DNA from: Eledone cirrhosa
Lineage: Eukaryota
Assembly (NCBI GenBank): GCA_964016885.1
Contig: CAXHJY010001478.1
Span: forward strand, 1-64,000
Length of the DNA: 64,000 nucleotides
Direction: 5' to 3'
Shown here: positions 49,934 through 63,592 of the stretch, piece by piece
Layout of the letters: each line of letters starts with the position of its first letter
Position numbering within the stretch: the stretch's first letter is position 1
The notes under the pieces: generated by a model
What the model was told of the DNA's origin: nothing
The model's database searches: none
Seen by the model: only the letters and a program-made list of their open reading frames with translations
Position numbers and translations under genes: made by a program

Positions 49934-52396
49934 TATATTATAAGATGTGGGATTTGAACCCTGAACACACAACTATACCTTAGCCTACGTTATAAAATTG
50001 AAGCTAATGTATACCTCTGATTCATTCTACATTGACCAAAATATGCTTTATCGACCATCTGGTTGACATTAGTGTTTAATAAAGACATAGGTAGAATACT
50101 TTGAAATATTTATTGATTTAACCAAATTTCGCCCAGAAGAGTGAAATTTAAAAATGAAGACCCGTTCCATCCCCGTTCGACCTCTATTCAGGAAATTGTT
50201 GTAAAGATTTTAGAATTATTTTACTAATTTCAGTCATGAGACTGCGGCTATGCTTCGACTTTAGAGAGCGTTAGTCTATCGTATCGATCCAAGTACATAT
50301 TTTATTGATTTCTATTCAGGAAACTGATAGATCCTAAAACAGAAATGCAGATACTGCGACGTTGACAAATGAAATCATCCATATACGGAGGGCTTCCACA
50401 CAGTTTCCGTCTATCAAATTTACGAGGCTATAGTAAAAGGTACTTGTCCAATATGCCACGCAATGGGAGCTGAATCCTTAACTCCCATAAACATGTCTGG
50501 GCCTACGTTATGAAATTGAAACTGATGTACTTCTGATACATTTTACATTAACTAAAATATTTATTAACCTACAAAATTTCCGTGTGAAGAGTAAAATTGG
50601 TTCACACCTGGAGAATTCCTCTCGAATGTGAGGAATATGTACTTGCAGGAAGGCCAGCAGAGACATCTTCACACCATATTGTCCAAGAAAAAAAAAATCA
50701 AACGCCGATACAGCTTGGCACCAGTGTCATCACAACTCATGTTTTCCAACTATCTGGACTGGTGCAGGAATCCAACTCACAAGCCTATGGCAGTGAGCCG
50801 AACACACAAATAACTGAGCTAGGCGCCTTTACTAAAATTCGGTAGAAATATCTTACCATACAAGTTTTATAATTAAAGTATAATGTGTTTTGTGTTTGAT
50901 TAATTTATACGATGAAAGGTTATATCAATTACAAAACCTTAGAAGAGAGGCTTAATAATAGAACGAACAAAACATTGTAAATACGTATATAGAAAACCAT
51001 AGATGTTATAATGAGGAACACATAAATAGGTTTCATATCATAAGATATAGTTGATTAAAATAATGAATATTAAAATTAGTTGATGTTATGCTAAATCTTA
51101 TTATTGACACGTAGACACAGTATGATCAAATGATTAAGAGGTTTGTTTTAAAATCATTAGGTCCCAGGTTCGATACCACTGTTGTGAAAGTGTTATAGAG
51201 ACATGCGAAGCAGCCATTTTGAGTAAAATTTGGTAGACGGAGGAAAAAGTGTGAAAGACCGTGGGCTGCACTCTATATATACTATACTTCAATGGACCAG
51301 GCTTGTCACACAGTATCATGCTGATTCTCCTTGAGAATTACGTCAAAGGTACACGTTTCTGTGATATAGTCAACCTCCTTTAGGCTAATTTTACAAGCAG
51401 GCTGTTGTTATGTTGTTTGAAAAATGTGATACTCATCATCGAAACTGACGCAGTTAAACAACGTGAAGTGTTCGTAAGACCAGAACTATCGCGTAGATTG
51501 GCGCTAATTTGAAATAATATATATATATATATATATATAGACATTCATACACACATATAAGTATGTGTGTGTAAATGTCTATATATGTGTGTATCTGTAT
51601 TTGTCTCTGAATGTCTGTATGTATGGATATATGTATGCGTGTATGTGTCTATATGTATATATGTATGTATATGTATATATGTATGCGTGCATGTGTCTAT
51701 ATGTATGCGTGTATGTATGTATATATGTACATTTGATGGATGTATGAGTATATATAAACAAGAATTATGTTGTGGTACTCAGAGTAGATCTGATATAAGA
51801 TATCTATGTGTTGACATTACTTTATCCGACATGAACAACTTACTAGATGTCGATCCAGATTTTACCGTACTCAGAGTAGATACATACTAATAATACACAG
51901 TATAAATTCCGTTTGTATCGCAATGTTAAAGTATTTCAATTAATTAAAAAAAGTGTTAATGCCCCGGGTGAAACGCAGCATGGAACGTAATGATACTCAT
52001 TTAATTTCCTTTAAATTTCAGAATGTTATGCCTACAGAAAAAATATCGAAATAAATGAGAAATCCTGTTCGATGTGTTGTTCCCTCCCAATCTATACAAC
52101 ATGACTACGAAGCCTATCGTAATTATTTTCACGATAACGTTTTTTTTCCCGTAATTATCCTCACAAAACCCATTATTGATGATGTGATATAAAATACAGC
52201 AAATGGCGATTACACTGAAATAACTGACACACAACAAGAAATTTAGTAAAGAATATCATAACAGAAAAGAACAAACCAAAAATATGAGAAATAAAAGGAA
52301 AAGAATATTTGCCAATGATACATCCTACACCTTGTGAAAATCTGAAATATAGCTGAGGCATTAGAATCAATTTGTAAATGAACGTTTTTTAAAAAT

Positions 52397-52495
52397 AATT
52401 GTTTCTACTTTAGGCACAAGGCCAGCAATTACCAGTGCATTACTGGTACTTTATTTTATCGACCCCGTAAGGATGAAAGGCAAAGTCAACTTCGG
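52397..52495 (-). mobile_element. Partial SINE (first family)
   Basis: aattgtttctactttaggcacaaggccagc...gcaaagtcaacttcgg, flanked by a tttttaaaaataat duplication. Confidence 0.85.
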
Positions 52496-52704
52496 TTTTT
52501 TAAAAATAATGTTGTATTATTAGAAATTCCATCTGCAATGAGAATCTAAAACTATAACGCAACACATACACAATGTGTATATATGCATTTGTGTATATTT
52601 ACAACAACCTATATATGTATATATGTAAATCTATGTATCTATCTCCACACACAACTCTCTCTCTCTCCCGTTCTCTCTCTCTCTCGTCCTCTCCCTCTCT
52701 CATC

Positions 52705-52750
<46 letters not shown>

Positions 52751-52795
52751 GGAAATTGTAGTTTACTTGAAGCATTGCGTAGTGAGGTATAAACG

Positions 52796-52813
52796 TTTCA
52801 ACATATTGTATTT

Positions 52814-52864
<51 letters not shown>

Positions 52865-53106
52865 GTTTGGAGTTAGAAGGCTAGAACAATGCAGGTATGG
52901 ATATAGAATATAAATACAAATGCAAAAGGTATTGCTGACAATTAGTCTTTTACCTTAAATTTATTTGAATATCCCTAATTTTCTCAAAAATTGAGGATAT
53001 ATTCAAATAAATTTAAGATAAAAGACTAATTGTCAGCAATACCTTTTGCATTTGTATTTATATTCTATATCCATACCTGCATTGTTCTAGCCTTCTAACT
53101 CCAAAC

Positions 53107-53173
<67 letters not shown>

Positions 53174-53197
53174 TATATAAAATACAATATGTTGAAA
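52796..53197. repeat. Fold-back palindrome whose arms include (TA)n tracts and ~20 bp of outer flank
   Basis: tttcaacatattgtatttta-(TA)n-aaacgtttggag...centre ~52984...ctccaaacgttt-(TA)n-taaaatacaatatgttgaaa. Confidence 0.88.
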
Positions 53198-55130
53198 GGG
53201 TAACACACTACAGAGAGAGAGAGAGAGTGTGTGCTATCAATAAAACAGGGGAGCCATTAGTGTGTTATCCTTTAAAGATATTGTATTTTAAAGAGCTCAG
53301 GATTCCTTTTCCTTTGAGCACATAATTTACAGGGAATAACGAGGGTCCGTTAATTTATCGTTATATATATATATATATATAATCTTTTCATATTACCCAC
53401 TCTACTACCCCAAGTATCGAGTACTCTGGTGGGCTATGGTCCACCTATCTGTTATATATATATTCGCCGAAACCACTTGACATCTCGGTCAGGATTATTC
53501 CTCTCTCTCTCTCTCTTTATATATATATATATGCATATATATGTGTTTGTGTGTCTCTCTCTCTCTCTGTAAATATATTATCTATTGGAATTCAATTAGC
53601 AGAAATGGCAGATAAATCTATATACACGGAGGGAGAATGTAAGAAACAAGAGTGTTTTCTATTTGCTTCAACACATAATTGGAACGACATCCTCACGTCT
53701 TCGTATCAATAAGAGCAATAATCTCCGAGGCCATTCTCTGTTTTTCATAAATTATTTCTCCGGGAGATTTGTTAGTTACCACAATACCATAGAAATACAA
53801 ATAGGATTCGATACACGTGACATGGCATGGCATGGCATGATAAGTTGTTGAAAACTAAACTGTTTTCTAACTACCAAAAAGTAATAGATGTTGGTCTAAA
53901 ATGTAAACATCCGCACTTTTAAATCGCATAAATGTAGATTATTATCAAACATTTTCAAATACGTATTTAATTGACGATTTTAATTCTTGCCTATTGAAGC
54001 TTCGGACATGCTTCATAACAAGATAAGCAGCTTGGCTCAGCAGTTGGATCACAGATTGGATAACTTTGATAACAGATTTTGTTTGAAATAATGGTTTGAA
54101 ATTTGGTGGATGGTAAAGTCGATTAAATTGATCCCAGTTCGTTACTGGTACTTTATTTTAATGACTCCGTAAGGATGAAAGTATCTGTTATGAAGGATAG
54201 CCAATCTCTGATTCAACTATTGTTGTCTCGCCCTTCTAACGACACTGCTAAATCGATTACTACCTGAAGAACCTATTTTAAATATAAACATTAAGCTAAT
54301 CTATAAATCTTTTTGTACGTTCCCTCTGTGTTTGAATATACAGTTAAGTTCAAAGAGAACGATATCACAATTGGTGTAGTTTCCCTACTTACAGACAATT
54401 TGGAAACTTAGCAGTAAAATAGATCAAAGTATTTTGGAAGAGAAAACTGCTAACAAAATTATTTCACTCCTGAAATAAGTAATGTCCTTATGAACTGGCC
54501 ACCTGAATCACCGTTTCCACCGTGTAGAAAATTAATATAGATTATGTTTCCCCATTTAAGAGAACGGCGTATTTTCAATTTTTTCCTTTGAAGCAGCAAT
54601 TGTGTTCGTATAAAGTGCTCAAAGCGCAGAATACATTTTATTGTTGATACAACAAATCTAAATTCTTAAACAAAACCAATTTATCAACTGAACTAAGAAT
54701 TATTATGAATTTGGAGCAAAAAAACAAAAGAAATCTTAAGAGTAGGAGATTTAGTTTCATATTAGGGAGGCGAATATGGATTTACAGACAAAGGCGTTAC
54801 AATATTGTTTGAGAGATTTCGAAGAGGAGGGAAGAAAAGCTATTTTAATTTTGTTTTCAACAGGAAAAGAGAATAAACAGAGAAACACCATAAAGAACAA
54901 TTAATTACAAGACTGATCAGAATACAACCAGAATGATCAGTGTATCACTGGGATCACCATTAAACCCTCAGTGTGACCAAACAATCTCCTGAATGACCAG
55001 AAAATCATTAAAATAATGAGATAGTTTCCAGTGTGACTACATAGCCAAAACGATGGATCATACCAGTAGGACCCGGAAATTACCAGAGTAACCAGCCAAT
55101 CACCATATGATTATCACCAAAATGACCAGA

Positions 55131-55350
55131 CAATCACCACAGTGATCAGGCAATCAACAGACTGACCAGGCAATCACCACAGTGATCAGGCAATCAACAG
55201 ACTGACCAGGCAATCACCACAGTGATCAGGCAATCAACAGACTGACGAGGCAATCACCACAGTGATCAGACAATCAACAGACTGACCAGGCAATCACCAC
55301 AGTAAGGAGACAATCAACAGACTGACCAGGAAATCAACAGACTGACGAGG
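55131..55350. repeat. 40-bp minisatellite made of two related 20-mers (caatcaccacagtgatcagg/caatcaacagactgaccagg)
   Basis: About five tandem copies, with degenerate copies on either side. Confidence 0.9.
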
Positions 55351-56329
55351 CAATGACCAGACAAACACAAGTATGACCTTAATATCATTAGAATGACCAG
55401 ACAATCTGCAGACAATATCCAGAATGACCAGATAATCTGCAGACAATCTCCAGAATGACCGGATCCCAACAGGTTGCACTTTGGTGGGCGGCTACGGAAT
55501 TTTGTCAGACAACGCGGAAGCCTCTACAGGAGGTTATTGTTTCTGCAAGAAATTATAGTCAAATCTCACAACCACTTTTCTAAATATAGTAAAATATATT
55601 GGAAAATGTAGTCGCTGGTACAAAGAAAAATACGGGATGGTCACGGCTCGCACGCCTTAGGTCACAAATCTGCTTCATCAAAACTAACATGAAGCTTATC
55701 AACAACGACATCTTTAAATAAATTGAATTTATATTAAAAATTCGATTAGTTCGATATAAATCATATTCTTTAGATCCTGTAATTTGTTTAAATTGAAGAA
55801 ATGTCTTTGAAGATTTATAATTTAAAATAAAATAATCTTTTTAGATTCTGCAATCAGCACCTCGAACGTTTATGACTTAAAACTAAATAACCTTTTTTCT
55901 ACAATTAAAACCAGTTTCCAATAAATTGATTTATTTTTTATAAATTTTAATTTTCTTTTTTTTTTCTTACTTCCACTGTCGAAAAAAATCCATGAGATCA
56001 GACTGAACTGCGTTAAATATTAGATTTATTGTTTTTTTTATATAAAATATTTGGATAATTTGATATTAGAAATTAAAACGGAGAAACAAAATAATTTTAA
56101 TGTTATTAAACTCAAACATCCAGGGAAAACAGTTTTCCTCATGGAGCACATAATTTGGTTTGTTAATGAATAATTCTCCAAAGTAACGAGGTTTGGTTTA
56201 AGAAACCGAATATTCAGATTATTCATTTTTTGGTAAAGTACAAAATATAAATCTGAACATATTTTGGTTATGATTCTGACCTCATCGGCAAAACATATCG
56301 GACTTGCACAAATCCTGCTGGGGTGATGA

Positions 56330-56647
56330 TAAAGTCTCTCCTAAGCTCGGAGGCTCACCAGGCCGGTGCTTATCCCGGTTTCTGTGGCATTAATCGATTG
56401 AGGGTAAAAAAAACTCCCCCTCTACAGGATGCCAGTTAACCCTCCATCTACTGCTTGTATTCGTTTTCAGCTGAGTATACTGGACCAATGTGAAATTAAG
56501 TGTTTTGTTCAAGAACACAATACACAACCCAGTCAAGGTGTTGAACCGAGGTTGACTTTGCCTTTCATCCTTACGGGGTCGATAAAATAAAATACCAGTA
56601 ATGCACTGGATAATTGCTGGCTTTGTGCCTACAGTAGAAACAATTAT
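56330..56647. mobile_element. Adjacent SINE fragments: second family on minus (to ~56545), first-family 3' half on plus (56548-56647)
   Basis: cagctgagtatactggaccaatgtgaaattaagtgttttgttcaagaacacaa, then ccgaggttgactttgcctttcatccttacggggtcgat...gtagaaacaatt. Confidence 0.75.
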
Positions 56648-58309
56648 CTTAACAAGAGATAATGATAAGAAAATGATAAATTCAATGTTGGTGAGATAAA
56701 ATAGTAGTTTGAAGATTAATAATTCATCCACGTTCAAAAATATCGTTTTGCAGCCGTAGTATTCCTTGGAATACATTCTCCAACGTGATCACTCCAAATA
56801 CGCCCGAGTGCGATTTTAAAGAGAATTAACTGCCCTTACTAGCGAATCGCTCGATGCATTGAAGTTACATAATTGCCTCATAGAAAGTATAGTAGTTATT
56901 ATTGTTGTTTAGTTCCAGGTCAGCCATTATGCAGTAAACGCATTTCAAAGGAAATCTAGCTCTGACCATCTTATGTTTTGGTTTCAGACATATTGTTTCG
57001 AGAATCATATTTCATAATGTGCATCTTTCTTTTGAAAGAGGTACTGTTTGATTTGACGGAGATTTGGCTGCTATTTCTTGTGGATCAAATAACTAATGTA
57101 GATGTTCCCGTGCAGGTTTGAGACTTAATTTGCTTACAATATGAATGTAAACATGTGGCATTCATATATAAATCGATGATATTGGATACAAAAGTAAAGC
57201 CGCACAGTCATAACTGAAACAGCGAATTAACAGAAGCCTTAAACAGTCGGGTTAAATGCATTGCATTCTAAGATCAAATCCCGCTAAAATCAACTTTGAC
57301 GCCCAATCAATCAGGGTCGATAAATAAAATACCATTTAATGATGGTGAATAGTTGGGGCAATTGTCATGCTGCTTTGCAGTATCTAGTTCTGGTCTACGC
57401 GTTCTGGTACTTTATTTTATCGACCGGAGAAGGATGAAACGCAAAGTTAACCTCGGCAAAGAGCCAGCGCAAATACAATACTTTAATCCGACGCATTAAC
57501 GATTCTGTCAATTCACCGCTTAACCAAGGCTCTCATATTAAACAGCAGTTTCATCTCCCACTAGAGAGATTTGTACTTTACATCCTTTTTTAATCGATAA
57601 TAGAAATAGTGAGGTCGATATAAAAAGAAATCAATTGAATCCTCCTTCAATTTGTAGCCTTGTCTCACAGAGACAATTCAGTATTAAACTGTACTGGATT
57701 CTTGGTTTCCGTTTTTAATGAAATAGATATTTTCAGATTCAAAATGTAATTTCTACAGACTCATTTGTCTCTTCTCTTCTAGAATTATCTGGAAATGTAT
57801 GTCACAGCGTATAGCATGAAATTGGAAGTAAACAATACAAAAAATTACGACAGGTTTTAAGTTTTCCTATACGATGTTTGCGAAATCAATTGACTGTAGA
57901 GGAAGCAGTATTATAGTTGTAATTATTTTCTCTTGCTGAAAGGATTCCATTTGTCGATGCAATGTAAACCATTCGATTTTCAGCCTGTCCATTAAGTACT
58001 CGTGCATCAAATATATTTCATCACCTTTTGTATTTCTCTATCTTTCTTGCTTGTATTGTTTGCTAGGCTGCCAAATACACGTGGCCAGAGAAATTCAATG
58101 CTTCGCTGCAATCGGAGACAACACTTCTCAATAATACCATTTATTGCTAGGAATGAATTTACTCGGTCAGGGAACCCTATTATTTATTGGATTTAGTCCA
58201 TTTTATTATATTACACTCAACCTCATTCGTCCTGAGTTCAGATCCCGCTGTGGAAAACTTTACCTTTTATCGCTGCTACTTATTTTTATTACTAATAAAC
58301 ATTGAAGAC

Positions 58310-58505
58310 GATGGATTGGCAGAATCACCAGAGTGTCGGACAAATGCTTTGCAGTAAATGTTTCGGTTCTTTACGTTCTGAGTTCAAATTCCGCCAGGTC
58401 AGTTTTGCCTTTCATCCCTCTGAGGTCGATATAACAAAGTACCAATTGAGTATTGGGGTCAGTATAATCGACTTTCCCCTACCCCACATATTGATGATGT
58501 GCTAA
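58310..58505 (+). mobile_element. Degenerate tRNA-derived SINE
   Basis: ggattggcagaatc...ctgagttcaaattccgcc...ttttgcctttcatccctctgaggtcgat. Confidence 0.75.
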
Positions 58506-59352
58506 AATTAGAACCCATTTTATTACACTCATCCCCTGCTACCGCCCTCATTTGGTTCATTCTACCAAGTGGCGTATGAATTGGTAGTATTTACTATGTT
58601 TTCCACTAAAGGTTTTAGGTACCCATATTGACCCTTTCGTTTTTTCTTTTCAGTGGAGCGTCCAGGCTAGTACAGCTGGTAGTAAAGAGAAAACACTTGA
58701 CTTCAGTATATTACGATCAACCTCTAGTATATTCCCGTCTCTTCAGTCACAGTCAGTACTAATTGACAGCACGTACCACGTTCTCGCTAAGAAATTTATT
58801 TGGTGCCCATGCAAGCACGAAGAGACACAAACATACCCTCAACCTTCCCTTCCTTCCTTGATCCAACGGAACATCCAAGATGTGGCAGTTGGAGGAGGAA
58901 ATCGCTGCACTAATACTGAATATGGTACCTTCATTATCAAACTTCGAAATGATGAAATACAAATTACAGTGAACTTTAATGACTGCCAAATCAATCGCTC
59001 GAAATATTCCAAAATTGTTTATCGCAAGAATAGTGCAAGTTAAGGAGCATTCCACAGACACGTTTAACCTTAACTCTCAGGGAGATTCAGTGTGAAACAG
59101 TGTGGGACACAGCTGAACGTTTAAATTACAGTCACAATCCATTCAGTCAACCAAATTTCACTCGTGAGGTTTGGATGGATCGTCCCGAAGATATGGCTAA
59201 TGATACATGCCCAGCATGTCACGCAGTGGAATTGAAACCGGGATCTTATAATTGCAAGGTGAAATTCCTAACCATTCGACCATGCTGTCTTTACACCGAT
59301 AATATAAACTTGTAATTAAAATCATTCTAGCTCATCATCTCATTACCAGTTT

Positions 59353-59873
59353 AAAGCTGAGGCATGCTTTATAACCTCCACCCAGGAGTTATATCATTGA
59401 ACATATTCTCTGCCCGCGAGGTGGAGTGGCTGTTGTAGCGAGTGTCGCTGGCCATGTCCGCAGGAATGCTTTTGCGGTCCTGTCCGCGGGACATAGCCCC
59501 AAGCCCCATTTCGCCGCTCCCGAGGCGCAGAGAGAGAGAGAGAGTGTGAGTCAGAAAAAAGGAAATGAGAAATGAGAAAAGAGATAAAAAGGAAAAATTC
59601 GAGCCCCATTACTGGCCTGCAAAGATGAAAGGCAAATTTGACCTCGGTAAGATTTGAAATTTGCCCTTTGAGAGCAAGAACGTAAAACGCAAACGATTCT
59701 ATCTCATAGCAATAATTGTCATATATTTCCACACTTTTCTTTATTGAATTCCTTCAAGAATAGCGTCATTTACTGGGGGACTATGTCTGGATATATAATC
59801 CTAGAACATGAAAACTTTCGAGGTGAGAGTATATTATGTACGGAACAATATTTCAACAAGAGCCTATCCGATA
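59353..59873. repeat. ~520-bp composite unit (GC-rich structured segment, (GA)n, SINE fragment), copy 1
   Basis: Highly similar to 63059-63592. Confidence 0.88.
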
Positions 59874-60526
59874 ATATAAACTTGTAATTAAAATCGTTCT
59901 AGCTCATCATCTCATCACTGATTTAAAGTTGCATACTGTCACCAAACATTTTTGTGAACTATTTCGTCAATATTATTAAATGTAGGGGAAACTCAAGTGG
60001 ACATAATATGTAAAGTCTGATTGAATTGCTTTTACAGTAGTTATAAAAACATGGAAAATAATTATTGGAACAGCTCAAAATTATTAATAGTTGAAGAGAC
60101 ATTTTTGAATATACTGAAGAGTCTTTATGCAGAAATGATGCGAGAGAAAAGCATTAAACAGATTTTACAAAGTTAATTTAAAATAGATATATGCTAGAAA
60201 GACAGGTTTAAATAATACCTTCTTTCCTTCAATTTTCTACTTTTAAATTAAGCTATATAGACTGTTTTTCAAATCTATATGGTATATTGCTATGGAACGA
60301 AACACCTATTTTAAAGGGTTCATATTTAAATTAAAGGAGGTGAATTGGGAGAGTCTTTAGAACGTTAGATTTAATGTTTTGCGATATTCGTCCGGGTTCT
60401 CTGTACTGTGTACATAGGCGTCAAAACTAGTTTTCGCCAATATTGAATTCCAATAGAAAGCAGGGTGAAGGGGTGATGTCTTGATAACGACTAGAGTCAG
60501 AAACTTTGACCGTATATGTATATAGC

Positions 60527-60555
<29 letters not shown>

Positions 60556-60557
<2 letters not shown>

Positions 60558-60900
60558 TTAATACATTAACAGAGAAAGCTTTAAGCGATACTCCGACCGA
60601 CTCCCATCTCACTCAACAAACATTAGGATATAGCTGAGTATAATACCAATTATACGTTTGGAGTGCTAACTATATTATATTTTGTGGATAGCCGGTTGTA
60701 TTATTTTATATGGGACATAATTAAATAAATCTCTCTTTCCATACGATCGTTTCGTTATAAGTTTTCTACAAATTGGGAAATGTAGAAGCTTGCATATAGC
60801 CCATAGGTATACATACAAGTGGGCACTTATAACTCATCAGTGGATGCCCAGGCAATATCAATATAAAAAAAACACATTGATATTCAGCGATGGTCCCCGT
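60556..60900 (-). mobile_element. Single-copy (non-palindromic) hammerhead element between (TA)n tracts, with ATACTC..GAGTAT tail
   Basis: Minus strand: hammerhead at 60844-60738, AT-rich spacer, atactc...gagtat hairpin (60641-60588), then (TA)n. Confidence 0.78.
60738..60844 (-). ncRNA. Intact type I hammerhead with branched stem II insertion
   Basis: Minus strand: tcca-CTGATGA-gttataag-[gccca..tgggc and ttctaca..tgtagaa hairpins]-cttataac-GAAA-cgatcg-TA-tgga. Perfect 8-bp stem II with G-C closing pair, ACGATCGT palindromic stem III, GUA site. Confidence 0.85.
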
Positions 60901-61228
60901 CATATATATATATATATAAAAGGTCCCCGTCATATATATATATATATATAAGAACATAAAAGAGGGACATCCCCCAACTATATAAACCTTAATCTAGTTA
61001 GAAAAATATAAAAACAATCTCTTCTCAACATATATTAATAACCTTAAATTACCACACTAATAATGGAAAGATATGCTGATGAGAATAGGTACAAATATGC
61101 GATAATGAATGTGTCTAAAAACGTCCATAAGTATGTAAATATATGTGAAAATGTATATAAATAAGTAAATATATATATATGTTTGATGTGTATAGTTAGA
61201 TGTAAGTGTATTCATGTATTAAAGTGCT

Positions 61229-61269
<41 letters not shown>

Positions 61270-63058
61270 GTATATATATATGTATGTATATATGTGTATA
61301 TGGATGTGTATGTATGTGTATGTGTGTACACATGGACTAGAGTATGTATGTATATATGTGTGTGTCTATACGTGTGTATATAAAGATAAGTTGAGTATGA
61401 AAATGTATACACATGAGCGCGTATGTATGTACATGAATACATGTGTGTATATATATGTGTATGCATGTGTATATATATGTAAGTATGAATATGTGAATTG
61501 TGAGTATATGTATTTTGTAGAGGTGTGCAAATATATTTGTTTGTGAATGCGTGGGTGAAAGGATACGTACACTTGAAAGAAAAATTTAAGTCTGAATGTT
61601 AATTAAGTGCAAACACAAAACCAACCACGCATATCTTTACTATCTCTAATCCTTCTATAGATTTAGAAAAAATAACCAATAATATATTCTATAAAAAATG
61701 TCAAAACAACAGATGGGAATCTAATTACTCACTGCCACCAAGAATTCTCACTGCTATCGAAAAACCACTCCTTCAACTATTCTTCTAACAACTTCACCCC
61801 TCCCTCCTAATATTCTCTATAAAAACTAAATAGGTCCTCAGTAATATTATTCTGATGAAATGACAGTAAATAATAACATTGAAATATTGAATGTCTGCAT
61901 AACTAAAAGTTTGTAGATAGCAGCTGTTTTAGGTTATGTAACTGTTATAGAAACACGTGTCAATAAATTCCTTTCAACTAAACTGTATCCATTCAAATCT
62001 TTCTATATATATATATATAAGTGTGTGTATGTATATGTATGTACATTATATATGTGTGCGTATATATTGTATATGTATGTGTGTATAAGTATATATGTAT
62101 TATATATAAGATTTAAGATAAATTAAATGCAAGTAATGCACTACATCTAGCTTGACATAAGTAGTAGATGCTGTAAGGTCTCCCTGTTGACAGAATCAGA
62201 GAAGTATTTATATTATGATGAATAAACATGTAAAAATTAATCTCTTATGTTTATGCTTCATTCGTTTTGTAATGCAGCTTGTAATATAAAAAAGAATTGT
62301 ACTTATATCTACATTAAATGTATTTCCAATTTTCTAACACACACTATGTTCTGCATACATATCTATTATGTAATATCATAGTGTTATTTGTTTATGTAGC
62401 AATTAATGGAGATCGCGTACCCAATACGACATTAGGTTTGAGATTGCAAGAGGTGAAGGAAAGGTTAAAGTTTCAGTTAGGGGATTTCCGAATATAAATT
62501 TAAAGATATCGCGAAAAGTCTTACATAAATAATCAACATGAAGATATGACATCTTCAATACAAAAACAAAACAAACAATGCATTATCTGCCTAACGCAAT
62601 GGATTAACAACTAAATATTTCTAATGGTTAATCGCAGACTTTTCTGTCATGTCTGAAGTGGTATTCTACAGCCGTCGTGTGGATTGTATTATATAGAGAT
62701 GTCTTTTTCGCATTAAAAACAACAACATTATGAACAGCAAAGTTAAGCTAAATACTTGTTTAAAATATTCTTTTGTAATCCAAGAATGGAAACTATTAAT
62801 GTCAATCAGTTGAATCTGTTTTGTAGAAGCGAGTTGGAGGCTAATGTGCTTAATGTATAATTTAAAGAATTCAGTGAGATATATTGGTGATGACGGTGTT
62901 TGATTAGTTGGTCATGTTAGGAAGGCATAATCGTATATCAAAAACAACATCGCATTTACTGAGAGAAAGAGCCTTCTAAATAAAGGAATTGGACTCTAAA
63001 CAGGAATAGTACAATGAATGGATTCAAATAATGGTCGATTTTTAACGGCATGAAGGGG

Positions 63059-63226
63059 AAAGCTGAGGCATGCTTTATAAACTCTACCCAGGAGTTATAT
63101 CATTGAACATATTCTCTGCCCGCGAGGTGGAGTGGCTGTTGTAGCGAGTGTCGCTGGCCATGTCCGCAGGAATGCTTTTGCGGTCCTGTCCGCGGGAGAT
63201 AGGCCCCAAGCCCCATTTCGCCGCTC

Positions 63227-63274
<48 letters not shown>

Positions 63275-63592
63275 AAAAAGGAAATGAGAAATGAGAAAAG
63301 AGATAAAAAGGAAAAATTCAAGCCCCATTACTGGCCTGCAAAGATGAAAGGCAAAGTTGACCTCGGTAAGATTTGAAATTTGCGCTTTGAGAGCAAGAAC
63401 GTAAAACGCAAAGCATTCTGACGCATAGCAATAATTGTCATATATTTCCACACTTTTCTTTATTGAATTCCTTCAAGAATAGCGTCATTTACTGGGGAAC
63501 TATGTCTGGATATATAATCCTAGAACATGAAAACTTTCGAGGTGAGAGTATATTATGTATGGAACAATATTTCAACAAGAGCCTATCCGATA
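63059..63592. repeat. ~530-bp composite unit, copy 2
   Basis: Highly similar to 59353-59873, with a longer (GA)n. Confidence 0.88.

Noticed and set aside
55131-55350. 20/40-bp periodic repeat as CRISPR, and ctgacga as a hammerhead core
   Set aside because: No variable spacers and no GAAA or stems; an ordinary minisatellite.
58630-59043. Strong plus-strand acceptor (ttttcttttcag) and short ORFs as an exon, or as the missing upstream cyclase exon
   Set aside because: Early stop after the acceptor, no recognisable motif, and no minus-strand frame matching the expected cyclase sequence.
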